Positions 26,301 to 40,165 of a stretch of DNA of 64,000 nt are shown one piece after another (the stretch's first letter is position 1; every line of letters begins with the position of its first letter). Source of the stretch: Tubulanus polymorphus (Eukaryota > Animalia > Nemertea); NCBI RefSeq assembly GCF_964204645.1, contig NC_134034.1, positions 9,932,962 through 9,996,961 on the forward strand. The letters run 5' to 3'. Made by a program: the position numbers and the translations under genes. The notes under the pieces were generated by a model. The model was not told where the DNA came from, did not search any database, and worked only from the letters and a program-made list of their open reading frames with translations.

Positions 26301-29300
26301 ATGTCCTCGATCGTGTAAAACCCTGATCGCCAAAGACTGGTCCTGTCAAAAAGAACCTAGATTTGTAAAAGAACCTTCCGACTGTCAGAAGCGATGTCTC
26401 AAAATATTCATCCGCCCGCTGACGAACTGATCATCGAATATCTGAAATGTTTCAATGTATTTCTGTTTTTAGTCGGTGACGTCATCAGCGTCTGAGGCTG
26501 AACTGCGAGCGATGGCCGCTGCTCGGTTCGGGCTGCCGCTGACCGGTCACATGTTGTCCAGTTCCCTCCCATTTTATCCATCACTGCCAGGTACGTAGAT
26601 TTCTTCTTCCTCGTCGATCTACTTAGGGCGGCGCCACTTACCTGAAAATTGGGGGGAAGTCAGGATATATGAGCACCCCAAGGATAACAGCAAGACTCGC
26701 TTAAGATAATGAATTCTATGTTCTGTTTATAACAACACAGTTGCAAAACCAAGTCAAGCGGTTTCTGCAATTTAGAAAATACAGATACTAAGTACAAATA
26801 TATAAATAATTGAATTATTTGTGTATCGAAACACACTAGGTTTGAAGTCAAAAGTTGAATAATTTAACAAGAAAGCGGTAATTTAATTTACTTACAACAC
26901 GTTATCTTCCTTGAGTTAAAGAGAGACTCGCTCCACTCGCAGCCAGTAGTAGAAATGACACCCAAAAATGCATTACACATGGAATTATACCTAACTGTAC
27001 TATACCTGACTGCCAGTGAAGCGAGTAGAAAATGTTTGAATACACGGCACTGAAAATCGCAAACCATGGTAATTCGAGGCTCAAACTAGTGTATAAAGAG
27101 TACAAAGAGCGCGACGGTATAGAATTGCGACTGTATGACAGACTCAAAACTCAATTGATTATCAAACATGAAACCACGAATAACTGTAATAATAATAAAT
27201 AATATATGTGCATAGCACAGGAAATTTTCTTTTATTTGACAAAGTCAGGGGATGGTGGGGAATTTCGTAAAAAAAAGATAAAAATCATGGAAATTATGTG
27301 AGATTGCTAGATCCACAGTTTCCGACTATGTTTTACATATTTGACCGTGTTAATGGTTTAAGAAGAAAAAGAACCCTCGATTGATTGGATTCTGAGCGGA
27401 ACAAGTCGGGCAAAATAACATACATGTCAGGGAATAGTCGGGAAAGCAATTCAGATGAAAGTGGCCGCCCTGAAAATGTTCTTCGTTTTCGATTTCATGA
27501 AATTATTTGCGGTTTTTTTTTCGAACGCACTTGCAGTAATCGATGGAGAAGTGACTCCTCCCACCAGTCCCGCGTACATCACTGCTCAAATGAAAGCTCT
27601 CGAAGCTCAAGGTCAAACGAATATTCCCGGAAAACCGAGTCCGACGTTGCTCGCGATTACCGGCCACTGTTTACAAGAAAGCAATAAACCTTCGCATCCA
27701 CGCCTGCGGTAAGTCCACTAGAAAACTAATAACAAGTCCGGTGATAAAGGAATTCAGAATTACGTAATAACCGTCGATAATAAAAAAATCGACGATTTAG
27801 TCAATCATACAAACTCGCCTGTCAAATTGAGAAATTTTGAAATATCAGCATTGTGGGGTTACTTTGTATACTATTTAATCTGGCATGCGTTACTGTTACT
27901 CTGAAGATCGAATTTGTGTCGTGCGCAGCTAGAGGATGCAGAAAACAAAAGTCGATAAGAAATATACGTTTTTAGGGCTAAGGCACTAGAGGGTTAAGTT
28001 ATTGAAATTCAGGGATTTTTTTGTCATCTGAATCGCTGAGAAAATATATCGGTATATCCATCTTCTTCCATCGGGCGAAACGAATTTTGACACAAAATTT
28101 ATCTTTCGCTTTCCGACGATGTAGGCATCGGCCGCTAGAAAGGACGCACTCGGCGCCACTGCCGCTCGGCAATCCGTTACTGCAACAACAGCTACTGCAG
28201 CAACAACAAGAACAACTGAAAGAACATCAGAAGAAGATTCTGAAGCAGCACATTCGTCAGACGGTGCTTCACCGGGCCGGTAGTAAGAGTCATATGGAGA
28301 ATGTAGACGAGGAAACAGAAGCGAAATTAGCTCAAGTGAGTGTCTGATTGATTATATGTATCTATAGACTGGATGCTCAGGTTTATAGACTGGATGCTTA
28401 GGTTTATAGACCGGATGTCTGGGTTTATAGACCGGATGTCTGGGTTTATAGACTGCACGTCTGGGTTTATAGACTGGATGTCTGGATTTATAGACAGGAC
28501 GTCTGGGCTTATAGACCGGACGTCTGGGTTTATAGACCGGATGTCTGGGTTTATAGACCGGATGTCTGGGTTTATAGACCGGATGTCTGGGTTTATAGAC
28601 CGGACGTCTGGGTTTATAGACCAGACGTCTGGGTTTTATAGACCGAACGTCTGGGTTTATAGACTGGACGTCTGGGTTTATAGACTGGACGTCTGGGTTA
28701 TAGACTGGATGCTCAGGTTTATAGACTGGATGCTCAGGTTTATAGACTGGATGCCTGGGTTTATAGACTGGACATCTGGGTCTGGTTTCATAGACTGGAT
28801 GTCTGGGTCTGGCTAAGGCTGTTATATAGACTGTATGCCTCGTCCGGGTCTCGGGCTATCGCGAATATTTACTCATCCATTTATTGTTCCGTGTTTCAGG
28901 AAATGAAAGAAGGTCGCGACAACGAAGAGGAGGTTGCCATCACTCGGGAAAAACCAGGAATGACACCACCAGCGCCACCTGTACCACCCGTTTGCCCCGC
29001 CGGCGACATCAGTCAACAACAACAACAACGTCGATCATTCCTTATTCAACAACAACAAGAACTGTTGGCGACTTCAGCGGCGGCGGCGGCTGCAGTGAAT
29101 AAAACAGCAGGCGGGTTCACGGCGGGTACGCCGATCCGACCAGCGCCACCTCGTCCTCTATCGCGGACTCATTCCAGTCCTCTCGTTACGTTTAGTTTAC
29201 CCCCTCAACCACCTCCGAATGCAGAACCAGTGAAACTCAAATTTACTACAGGTACTTTACGCGTAATCAATCGAATGGATGAATTAAGTGGTTTTTTTAC

Positions 29301-32300
29301 CCCGTTTAAAGTATCTTTTAAGGCTTCTTTTTTTCCTTCAACACACCGACCGCCATTAAGAGCGTTGTAAGAGGGATTGAGGTTTTCTTCCCCTCAAGTT
29401 GTCGAGCACCATTTAAGGCATGATTACTGGGTTTAAGGGTTTTTTTTTTCCTCTGAATTTCTTAGCAATTCAGGGCCTGGTTTCATAGACTGATTACCAA
29501 AGTTATCCCTTGGGGTAAATCCTCAATCTGGGTGACAACGACCATAGTAACAATGAGAAACCATGGTGGTTATAACTGACGAATTTCAAAATATTCCCAG
29601 AGACTATTTTTCTTCCACATCTATGAAACCCAGCCCCGGGCATTATCAGCTCATACGAGGTTACCTTATACATGATATCCTTCGAAGAATACACTTACTT
29701 CGAATCGGCCAGAAATTCGCCCTTCGATACGAGATAGATTCATGATTTATTTAATTCCATTCATTATGAGTTGTGTGTATTGTATTTAGGTCTGGTTTAC
29801 GACAGTTTGATGTTGAAACACCAGTGTACGTGCGGCAACAACGCCAACCACCCGGAACACGCTGGCCGCTTACAGAGTATCTGGGCGCGCCTACAAGAAA
29901 CCCGATTAGCTGATAGATGCGAGGTATGTACCGGTATGTTGATGATGAAAGAGATTTCTTATGTTGCGCCTGTGATAATTGAAGTTAAAGGCAGAGCTTC
30001 GCACAAAATATCTAAAAGCGATTCAGGGGAAATTAACTGATTGTAACGTTTTTAAATCAAGGAATTTCTCCATTCACCTGCAGCAGATTCACTCGGGGAA
30101 TCTCTCCATTCACCTGCAGCAGATTCACTCCAGGAATTTCTCCATTCACCTGCAGCAGATTTACTCGGGGAATTTCCGCATTCACCTGCAGCGGATTCAC
30201 TCAGGGAATCTCTCCATTCACCTGCAGCAGATTCACACAGGGAATCTCGCCACTCACCTGCAGTAGATTCACTCGGAGAATCTCTCCATTCACCTGCAGC
30301 AGATTCACTCGGGGAATCTCTCCATTCACCTGCAGCAGATTCACTCCAGGAATTTCTCCATTCACCTGCAGCAAATTCACTCGCGGAATTTCCGCATTCA
30401 CCTGCAGCAGATGCACTCGGGGAATTTCATGTTGCAACATGGAAAAATCATATAAAACTTCGGCAATTTGTAGATAAGGGAAAGTAAGGCCCCAACTCGT
30501 TTTTTCTCGTTCCAGAAAATCAAATCGCGTAAAGCAACAATCGAGGAGCTGCAGCTGTGTCACAGCGAGGCGTATTCGCTGCTCTACGGAACAAATCCGC
30601 ACAATCGCCTGAAACTCGACCCGAAACTTCTCGAATCGCTGCCACTACGATTCTGTCTCCTGCCGTGTGGCGGAATCGGCTGCGATTCGGACACCGTCTG
30701 GAACGAGATTCACACATCGCACGTCGCTCGTATGGTCAGTTTTGATTTTTTTTTTGCAACTAGAAAATTTATCATTATTATTAATGTTAACCAATTTTTG
30801 AGCAACCCACTTGCCCCTGATGGATCCTCACTTGCCTCAATTTCATTCAATTCATTTTCAATTGTTCAGGCCGCTGGATGCGTAACTGAACTCGCGTTGA
30901 AAGTCGGAGCCGGTGAATTGAAGAATGGAATGGCGATAGTGCGACCTCCCGGACACCACGCCGAGTTCCAACAGCCTATGTAAGTCTTGATACGGTCGAA
31001 ACCACTTAATCTGGATCAGTGGAATCTGTTTTTTGATCGCGGTAGTAACTGATTAAATACGTATGAATACAATGTTTAACGCCTGTAATGTAAATCTGAG
31101 TTAAATGCAGATTTCTGCCCTCATTACTTCCAATATTAATTAGCCAGCACTGAAAGGGTTAAAAAGTAACAGAAAAATAACCGATTTGAAAAACTTTCCG
31201 TACGTAATATTTCGATCCTTACCCGTACGGAATTTACGTGTTTCTAGTTCGAGTTTTTTTCGTCGCAGGGGTTTTTGTTTTTTCAACTCGATCGCGATCG
31301 CCGCGAAACAACTGCGAGAACGGCTGAAATTCAACAAGATACTCATCATCGACTGGGTAAGTATTCCTCACAACTTATCAGTACGCGTATTTATTTCATT
31401 TGATTCAATTTCAAAGGGTACCCGCGACTCCTTGATTCCTTAAAAACTCCTTAGTGGAACATTCTTTGAAAGGTGCTTGAAACTCCTTCAATTTGAGATA
31501 TTGGAAATTTTTGTCTAGTTAGTAGTTGCACAATATCCGTGTATGATGATGACCTGAGAAATCCCATAATAACGAAGCCAAGATTGAAAACCACGCCTGA
31601 TGATGGCTAACAGGTGTTAGCCGAAACGTCGCTCCTCAAGTACAATCATTCTGATATAGAATTTTTCAATCTTGGCTTCGTTATTGTGGGATTTCTCTCG
31701 TCAGTTAAACGGTGTATAGGATAAAAATAAGTTTACAAAACCACCGAATTACCGGTTCACCGAGATAAATAGTACCGATTTAAGAGGAGTCAACAGGGAT
31801 CTGAAAGTGACGCAGAAGCTCACTAAAAATTCAAAAAATTTACTCCTTTAAAACTTGAAAACTCCTTATATCCAGGAATGGCCGTTGACCTGTAGGGACG
31901 CGGTTTATCTGTAATTTCGGCGAGTTTTTTCTAATCGACGATCGTCTCGCGATTCATTTTACAGGACGTTCACCACGGCAACGGAACGCAACAGATGTTC
32001 TACGACGACCCGAACGTTCTGTACCTGTCCGTGCACCGGCACGATAACGGCAACTTTTTCCCGGGCACGGGCGCGTTCGACGAGTGCGGCTGCGAGCAGG
32101 GCATCGGTTTCAACGTGAACCTCGCGTTCTCTGGAGCCGGCTTGCCGATGAGCGACGCCGAGTACCTCGCCGTGTTCCGCACGGTTCTGATGCCGATCGC
32201 GCGCGCCTACAACCCCGACATGATCCTCGTTTCATCAGGGTTCGACGCCGCGATCGGACACCCTCAACCTCTCGGAGGTTACACTGTCTCTCCTGCTTGT

Positions 32301-34835
32301 AAGTATCGATTTTGTTGATGAGCTTTTCATTAAATCGTAAAAATAAACCGGAGGGGGGGTTCTACCGGCGTCTAGCTAATATGTTGATACATGGTGGCCT
32401 CAGCGCATACCACAAAGCTATCCCACCAGATGGCGTTTCTAACAGTAGGACATACTTGTTACATATCCCACTAGATGGCGTGTCTAACAGTAGGACATTC
32501 TAGCTAGATATACCACCAGATGGCGTGTCTAACAGAAGGACATTCTCGCTAGATATACCACCAGATGGCTTGTCTAACAGAAGGACATACTATACCATGG
32601 AAATGGTTGGCGTGTAATAAATATTCGCATTCATACTAGTTAGTAATCGCCACCTAGTGGATACTCACTTGCCACGAGTTGAACGCGTGCTCCTCTCACC
32701 CGTCCTCTTAGTAAAACTGTGCCCAGAAAAAGATCTCTTACAACTGAAATTAAACTCCAATCCGATTTTCTAATCGCTCGAATTCGAATTCCAGGTTTCG
32801 GTCACATGACGCGGCAGTTAATGACGTTAGCGGGCGGTAAAGTCGTGCTCGCGTTGGAAGGTGGCTACGATTTAGCGGCGATTTGCGACGCGTCGGAAAT
32901 CTGCGTGCAAGCGTTGCTCGGCGATGAGGTACGTGATGTTACGCCTAACCCCCCTGAAACATTTACGCACAAGAAATATAGTTTCGCAAATAACTTTCAA
33001 TTCACCCCTTAGATGTTTTTGTTGTATCTTTACGACCAATGAACCAATTTTCATCGCGGGTCGAAAACCCAGTTTTGGAGGTATATGTACGTCTTCATAT
33101 CCTGAGTCCATCACCTGAGTGTTATTTCATTTGCCTGACATCCAATAGATGTCGCTATGGTCTTCATTCGTCACAAGCACAGCAGCTCCAGGGATGGCAG
33201 AATGTTAACTATAGTGAATTTTGTGCGATAAATCAAACCCCGGGGCCAGTTGCTTAAATGTTAGAGTTAACCAGTGGATAGTTGACAATTAAAAGTTCAT
33301 TGTTATTTAGTTAGTTACCTAATCGTTGGTGTGGTGGTAAGCTTTTTATAATCGGATGAGCTTATACCTATATATGTGGTTTGTGAAAATATCCGATCGT
33401 GAAACTAAACCACAGTCAGGTTACTGACTAATTGTTATTATGGTATTTATGTGCTGGTAATCTTAAACCAACTTTTGAGCAACTGAACCCTGGAATACCG
33501 GTACATGGAATCCAGAAACAATTGAACTTTGACGAAGAAATCTTGCATCTAAATTATTTGAAAATTAGAAAAAAGCAGCGTTTAACCCGGTAAAATGGTA
33601 GCGCGATAAAGTTTTGAATAAACGTCGGTTCGTGATTTTATTTTCCCGTAGATCCCGCCGTTGAAAGAAGACGAGCTGCGACGTTCACCGCACCAGGCAG
33701 CGGTCGAGAGTATCGAACGCACGATACGAATCCAGGGTGAATACTGGCCGTGCGTTCTACGATACGTCAACACGATACACTACTCGTATTTAGACGCTCA
33801 GAAACTGGAACGCGAAGAGGCCGACACGGTGACCGCGTTGGCCTCATTGTCGATGGTTCACGCGCAGCACAGTCTCAGGTAAGATGATATAAGACTACCA
33901 GGGATGAAAATCTTCCGACCATAGACGGATTTCCGACCTTTTCGAACATTTTCTTTATTCCTGAGAACAGTGTAAATCACCTCAATCGCGGGCATCGCAT
34001 CAGAGCGCTCTGTAGTTAGGAGTGCTCCTTAAGACGGTTTTCGGCAGTTGTTAGCACAACTGTGGAGTCGGAGAAACCAATATGACGTCTCATTCAAAAA
34101 GAGGCTCTAATTCAGGCCCAAACTATTGATATTTTGACCAAAAGGAAGTAAGTTTTTTGGCTAAAAGTTACTGATTTTTGTTCCCCCAAAAAATTCTTTT
34201 TTTTAAAAAATATTTTCCGACTTTTTCAATATGGACTACGTAAGACGAGATAAGATTTTACGAAATAAGATCAGATGAAATGAGATTATATTAGATGAGA
34301 TGAGAGAGGAGATAAGATAAACTGATATCTGATAGAATAAGATATAAAAATGATACGAGATAGGATAAGATGAATGATAAGCTGATATGGGTCAGGATAT
34401 GATATAAGATAAAATGATATGAGATAGAACATGGACTTTTTGAAGGGAATAGGGATGAAGAATTTTATTCGAGCATTTTCCGCATAAAATCTTGCTGAAG
34501 CACTGCGGGACGAGAAAAAACGGAAAAAGGACTGGAAATTCTGATCAATTTAATTCAAATTTTGAGGAAAGACGATGGGTACTAAATTTCGGAAAAATTC
34601 GTTTTGACAATTTTTTGTTTGAATATGACCCTTAAGCCTCATGGTCAACAAAAGTATATCACACAGCTAGTCGTACTTTCGTTAGATTTTTCTTCTAAAA
34701 TACATATTCGAAGTCCCAAATGTTGATAAATAGGAGAAAATGTCTCAGTTTTTTGATGAACGCTAATTTCTTCTTTTCTTTTTTCGTAGCGATACCGGTT
34801 CATCCCTCGACTCAGAACCGATGGAAGAGTCGTGA
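17322..34835 (+). CDS. HDAC4: Class IIa histone deacetylase (HDAC4/5/7/9 family), ~1096 aa, 20 coding exons
   Basis: Exons with GT-AG borders and consistent phase: 17322-17490, 18690-18752, 19219-19418, 22692-22803, 22900-23014, 23915-24156, 24932-25059, 25839-25955, 26473-26590, 27537-27708, 28125-28335, 28900-29251, 29790-29923, 30516-30734, 30870-30979, 31269-31356, 31965-32298, 32795-32928, 33652-33878, 34790-34835 (sum 3291 nt). Motifs: Gln-rich N-terminus; MEF2-binding [17 protein letters not shown]; 14-3-3 sites RKTASEP, RTHSAP, RTHSSP; [13 protein letters not shown]; catalytic [42 protein letters not shown]; C-terminus [13 protein letters not shown]...EPMEES. Confidence 0.96.
18958..19130 (+). 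mobile_element. tRNA-derived SINE head
   Basis: A box tggccgagtgg (18968-18978) and B box ggttcaaacc (19021-19030), with no proper cloverleaf acceptor stem. Confidence 0.55.
19835..20537. repeat. 55-bp tandem repeat, ~13 copies
   Basis: gtcatcttgaatattgaactag recurs every 55 bp. Confidence 0.9.
20701..21113. mobile_element. MITE-like element with ~33-bp imperfect TIRs
   Basis: aggcgaatttatcttgtcaaatcagatttgatttt ... aaaatcaaatttgatttgacgtgataaattcgcct. Confidence 0.6.
23260..23885. repeat. 20-bp minisatellite (gttcagaaccctattctgca)
   Basis: ~31 tandem copies. Confidence 0.9.
24172..24765. repeat. 12/24-bp minisatellite (gagtaccctgcagagttccctgtg)
   Basis: Tandem copies in an HDAC4 intron. 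Confidence 0.9.
28362..28812. repeat. 21-bp minisatellite (tatagaccggatgtctgggtt)
   Basis: Tandem copies. Confidence 0.9.
30061..30428. repeat. 36-bp minisatellite, ~10 copies
   Basis: ggaatctctccattcacctgcagcagattcactcgg unit. Confidence 0.9.
31556..31697 (+). mobile_element. Penelope-like remnant: 35-bp inverted repeat enclosing a hammerhead motif
   Basis: Arms 31556-31590 and 31663-31697 (one mismatch). The loop contains CTGATGA-t-ggctaaca gg tgttagcc-GAAA-cGTC (31597-31630). Confidence 0.6.
32423..32660 (+). promoter_or_regulatory. Cluster of CTCF-like motifs (4 tandem at 45-bp spacing plus 1 inverted)
   Basis: ccaccagatggcg (32423), ccactagatggcg (32468), ccaccagatggcg (32513), ccaccagatggct (32558) and cgccacctagtgg (32648) match the CCASYAGRKGGC core. 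Confidence 0.45.
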
Positions 34836-36459
34836 AGGACGACGACGACGGCAGCAGCGCCACCCGGTGTTAAAATGTAGAATCGTATTGCACACACACA
34901 CACACACTGTGTCATCATCATCATTAAACCCCCCGAGTCAACGTTACTCTGTAGTTAGTTAGTCTTAACGGAAAAAAAATGATCGAATAAATGTGGGTCT
35001 CGTGAATGTACCCCCGAAACAAACCCAACCCGAGAAAAGGACGAAAAGACGATCGTCTAAGGCGGATAGAAATTTAGACGCGTGGGCCTCGAAACGAGAC
35101 CTTAAAATCAAGGTCGGACGGTTCAGTCAGTGACACGCGCTGCGCTGACTGACGGCTAAACGGAAACGACGGCGGCGGAACAAAACGCAAGTGAGGTCAT
35201 TAATTAACTGGAACGATTAACTGGACTGCGTTATGCCCGCGCGTCCCTGCTCATAGGATTTATAGAAAACGGACTGCGTTTAGAGAAACGATTAACGGGA
35301 ATAAGAAAAAATGCGCGGGCACGACGTCAACATCTACCCCGCTAACTGTTGTTGTTGTTTTAAAATTGAATCATTCGTCGCGTAAAAAGTTGCGTAAAAT
35401 TGCCCGGATATATATATGTATATATCGAAAATTCGCCGCTTGTGATAGAACTTAGTTTTTTTTTTGTCGAAGCGTAAAAAAAGTGCGGTATTCGCGTTTC
35501 GTGTTGTCGTATTGTGTTCGAAATGCCGTTATCGCGCGGTAACGGACGAATGAACGAAATTCGAGCGGACTTGATATATTTTCATATTAACCGAGAATTC
35601 GGCCGGCTCAGGCGTAGCGCGGATTTATTTTCGCACTCGCGGAAGAAGAACATTGATTCGTCGTTAAAATTGGGACGATGATGACGGAAGAATTTGTGCC
35701 AAAGTTCGGTAGTTAGGAACACGCGAGAATATGATGTTATTGTGTTGTCGGTGTGTTTTCGATGTTATTACCCGTCGTTTAATTGATAATTAGATGATAA
35801 TTAGATGATGATTATTTATGCGAATAATATTATCGCGAATTGTCGTCGTATGTGAGATGTATATTTCGGTGTATTTGTATGTGCGTGTATGTACGTGTGC
35901 GTAAAAAGTAGCATTACGGGAGATATTACGTTCGATGGCTGTTGATATGTACTTTTTTTTTCTGAATTTTAATTTTCGATGTCGGTTTCGAAACCGTCTC
36001 CGACCGGCGTTTTGTTTACGGTAAAGTAAATTATTCCTGTGAGTCGATGAAACTGTGGTCATCAGGATCGAGTACCACAGTTGTGAGTTATAGTTAACTC
36101 TGAGTGAGTTGAAATCAGTTTATTTTTAGATCAATCTTAACTCGGACGCTGTGGAACTGGGGCCAGCTACCGGTAGCGATCTGTAGCCAGGAACCTGCAC
36201 CCCATCGTAGCGAATTTCATTCACCATCGTAGCGTCAAGTCTTAATGAAAAATCTGAACACATGTGAAGTGTGGACGATCACAAATTCTAAGAATGGTGA
36301 TGAAATATCAAATGTCTGGGGTCAGATACCGGCAGCAGATTGATACCCGCATTTCTGACATCTCTTTTTTTCAACTTCAGTCTATTACTGGCCAACGCAA
36401 GAGGCATTCTTTTCTGAACATTTGAGAGTAGAACAGCATTAAAAGTTACAGCGTTTTAA

Positions 36460-36737
36460 CCCTTTCAGTGCATCTACACCGCAGTGCGGTGTATGAATCG
36501 GTCGTGGACTTGGCAGTGTATTGATGTTATTACTAAATAGTTTGTATCTCTATTGAAAGATGGCAGCACCTGTCAAACATAGTGAAATATTGGTAACTAC
36601 CGGTAATCATACACCGCACCGCAGTGTAGACACACTTTAGCGGTATGCCTGTTATTCAACACGCTGTGGTGGAATCTTTTTAAATTTTTTAAAAATCTCA
36701 AGCACTTTTGGGTAGTAATAAGTCAGCGTTGAAAGGG
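36460..36737. mobile_element. piggyBac-type MITE
   Basis: TTAA-CCCTTTCA...TGAAAGGG-TTAA ends. A homologous copy lies at 40166-40446. Confidence 0.75.
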
Positions 36738-37324
36738 TTAAGTTCTAGAAAATTTTGCAACGTTACTTTCAATTTAATTTTCGAAAAACAATTTCGATTT
36801 ATTCTTATTATTATTATCATTATTACAAGTTTATTGAAAGTTTAAAACGACGTTTAAAAAGGATTTATTTACTTTTATATATATATATATATATATATGT
36901 ATATGCGAAGAAGAAATTTTAATCAAAGACAAATGATGAATATTAATTGATTATGATTATTACGATTATTATTATTATAATTATTAATTGTTGTTGTTAG
37001 TGTATGTGCGTGTGCATTTTGAGAAAGTATGATTTTATTGTAAATATTATTAAGCGGTCTACACAAACATAATGTACGATGTGCTAAAACTTTGTGTCGT
37101 AATTTTGTAAATTCTTTTCATTTCATTCTGCATCATCATACATTGCGTAATTGTTTTGTGGTCTGTCTGTTTGTTGTCGTTGTACAGCCCTGTAAAATTT
37201 CAAAACGACCAAACTCGTTCGATGTTGTTACGACGCGCTCTTTGGGAGACTAATAGTTTTTTTTTCGGCCAAAAAACAGAAGGGGGGGGGGTTTCTCGTA
37301 TGTAGTTTTGATATACCGGTACTC

Positions 37325-38066
37325 TCAAGTCGGATTTTTTGTACTGTAAAAATTTTTCCGACTTGAAGAGGGATATCTGAGTTTGATGGTACAGTAGACT
37401 CCGCTCAAGTCTGATCTTTTGACTCGAGATGATATCTGAGTTGGATGGCACAGTAGACTCCGCTCAAGTCTGATCTTTTGACTTAAAGAGCAATATCTGA
37501 GTTGGATGGCACAGTAGACTCCGCTCAAGTCTGATCTTTTGACTTGAGGTGATATCTGAGTTGGATGGTACAGTAGACTCCGCTCAAGTCTGATCTTTTG
37601 ACTCGAGATGATATCTGAGTTGGATGGCACAGTAGACTCCGCTCAAGTCGGATCTTTTGACTTGAAGAGCGATATCTGAGTTGGATGGCACTGTAGACTC
37701 TGCTCAAGTCAGATCTTTTGACTTGAGAGCGATATCTGAGTTGGATGGTACAGTAGACTCCGCTCAAGTCGGATCTTTTGACTTGAGAGTGATATCTGAG
37801 TTGGATGATACAGTAGACTCCGCTCAAATCGGATCTTTTGACTTGAAGAGCGATATCTGAGTTGGATGGTACTGTAGACTCTGCTCAAGTCAGATCTTTT
37901 AACTGGAGATTGATATCTTGAGTTTTGACTTGAAAGTGATATCTGAGTTGGATAGACTCCCACTAGACTCCCAGAGCGATATCTGAGTGGGGTGGTACAG
38001 TAGACTCCGTTCAAGTCAGGTATTTTGACCTGAGAGCGATATCTGAGTGGGGTGGTACAGTAGACT
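37325..38066. repeat. ~60-bp tandem repeat, ~12 copies
   Basis: gatatctgagttggatggtacagtagactccgctcaagtc unit. A monomer is also at ~13270-13335. Confidence 0.9.
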
Positions 38067-38847
38067 TGTGAGTTTCATCAAAGTTGAACAGACCTAACTT
38101 GAGTAGGGGTCTACTGCCTATGCTTGAAAGCGTATTACCTGGTCCACGGTTTTAGTGGTGTTTAGTGGTCATGTACATGTGACATTCAAAAATAAATGGT
38201 TTCAGGAAAAATTTCTATAATGTGATAAAATTGGGACGAGAGATTTTTCTTTTTTGTGGAATATAGTTTTTCATCGGTATGATATTGAAAGGTATGAGAA
38301 TGATATGTGATATAAGACGAAAAGGATAAGGACTTTATTTCATCATTTGTTTTGAGAAAATGCAGAGTCCCCTGGGGAGTCCCCTGCAGAGGTCCCCTGC
38401 AATGCGGAGGTTACGTATATCGAGCACCACATGAAAACACTGATGATATATATCAATATGTATATATATGATATTATTTTTCGATATAATGATTGAAAAG
38501 AAATTTTGATGTGCATAAAATCTAGTCATTAGAAATATATGAGCATTTCATATTAGTTTGAACCAGCAGTAATTAACCTGGAACCAACACTAGTTTTCAT
38601 TTTCAATGAATATCTCTTGCTTTAGGGGATTGCTCTAATTTTACTCATAATTGGAATTGTGGAATTTTGCTTGTGTCACGGAATTCGGGTTGTTATTTGA
38701 GGAGATTTAATGAAATGCAGTTATCAATCAACCGGCCGCCTTTACCCTGCGCGGGGTTCGGTCACGATTTGTCATTCATATGGAGATGTAAATTCCTCAG
38801 GTCCGGACAGGGGACCTGGTGATGTCTGTTTTTAACGACGGCCATGG

Positions 38848-39335
38848 AATGGGTACAAACAGCAGATTACCTATTGGGTGGGTACAGAAAACAGATTACC
38901 TATTGGGTGGGTACAGACAACAGATTGCCTAGTAGGTGGGTACAGACAACAGATTGCCCATTGGGTGGGTACAAACAGCAGATTACCTATTGGGTGGGTA
39001 CAGAAAACAGATTACCTATTGGGTGGGTACAGACAGCAGATTACCTATTGGGTGGCTACAGACAGCAGATTACCTATTGGGTGGGTACAGACAACAGATT
39101 TTATGAGTGGATGCAAGATATAAACAACAAATTGTCTGAAGGGGGTACAGACAGCAGATTGCCTGAGTAAATTTTCTGAGGGTGTGCAGACAGCAGATTT
39201 TCTGAGGGTTGCAGGGTACAAATAGCTGATTGGTTGAGGGTTGTAGGGTACAGATAGCTGATTGGTTGAGGGTTGCAGGGTACAGATAAGTGATTGGTTG
39301 AGGGTTTGCAGGGTACAGATAGCTGATTGGTTGAT
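38848..39335. repeat. ~29-bp minisatellite with a gradient of unit variants
   Basis: gggtacagacagcagattacctattgggt unit. Confidence 0.85.
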
Positions 39336-39480
39336 AGCTGCATCATAACTTTTTAAGAATACGGTTACAATTATCTTTCCGAAGTTAAAACATACATATA
39401 TGCGAATCATCCGCGAACTTTCCAACCAATCACCAGCTATTATGTAAATTAGCGCTCAGGTCACAAGTTGTAGATTGTAA

Positions 39481-39511
<31 letters not shown>

Positions 39512-40165
39512 CACACACTCACACTGTGTACAGACTGTTGTGTTTAAATGTATAGCGATATAGATATCGTCGAATAATTTTCCGGGAAAAAAAAGTTGCC
39601 GTAATTTTTCGATTAGCACCTGAGAGTTACAGGTTACCCTAAACTGGTAATGTTTGTAGATAATGCGAGTATGAATAATAACGGTATACATGTATAAATC
39701 GGTTGAATATGATTATATACGAATATTGAATTTGTTGTAATTTCGTGGAACAAAGAGCAGCGATGCCTATTCCAATTCAAAATGGCGGCCTACCTCTGGT
39801 TCCCACGGAACAGGGAATTCGGAAAAAAACTTGGGAATTCCCAGTTTGGAAATATTTGGGAATTTGAAAAAATTTTCCTCAAATCAGTAATATTTTGGAT
39901 AGTCATCTTCATTTCACGTATTGCATTTGCCGAGTGCAACTTTCTTCAGTGATTTCTTTTGAGAATCATCTTTATCCTTTTTTCATCACTAAAATGTTGA
40001 CTGTAGTATGATGATATCTGTTCATTCCATTTGGGCAAATTGAAAAATCACCCATGAATTACTTTGGAAAAACTTGGGAATTTCTAGTTCATGTAACTGT
40101 GGGAACCACGCCTACGATAATCTGTATACACTAGACCTTACGTTACTCCGACCATAGATGTTTAA

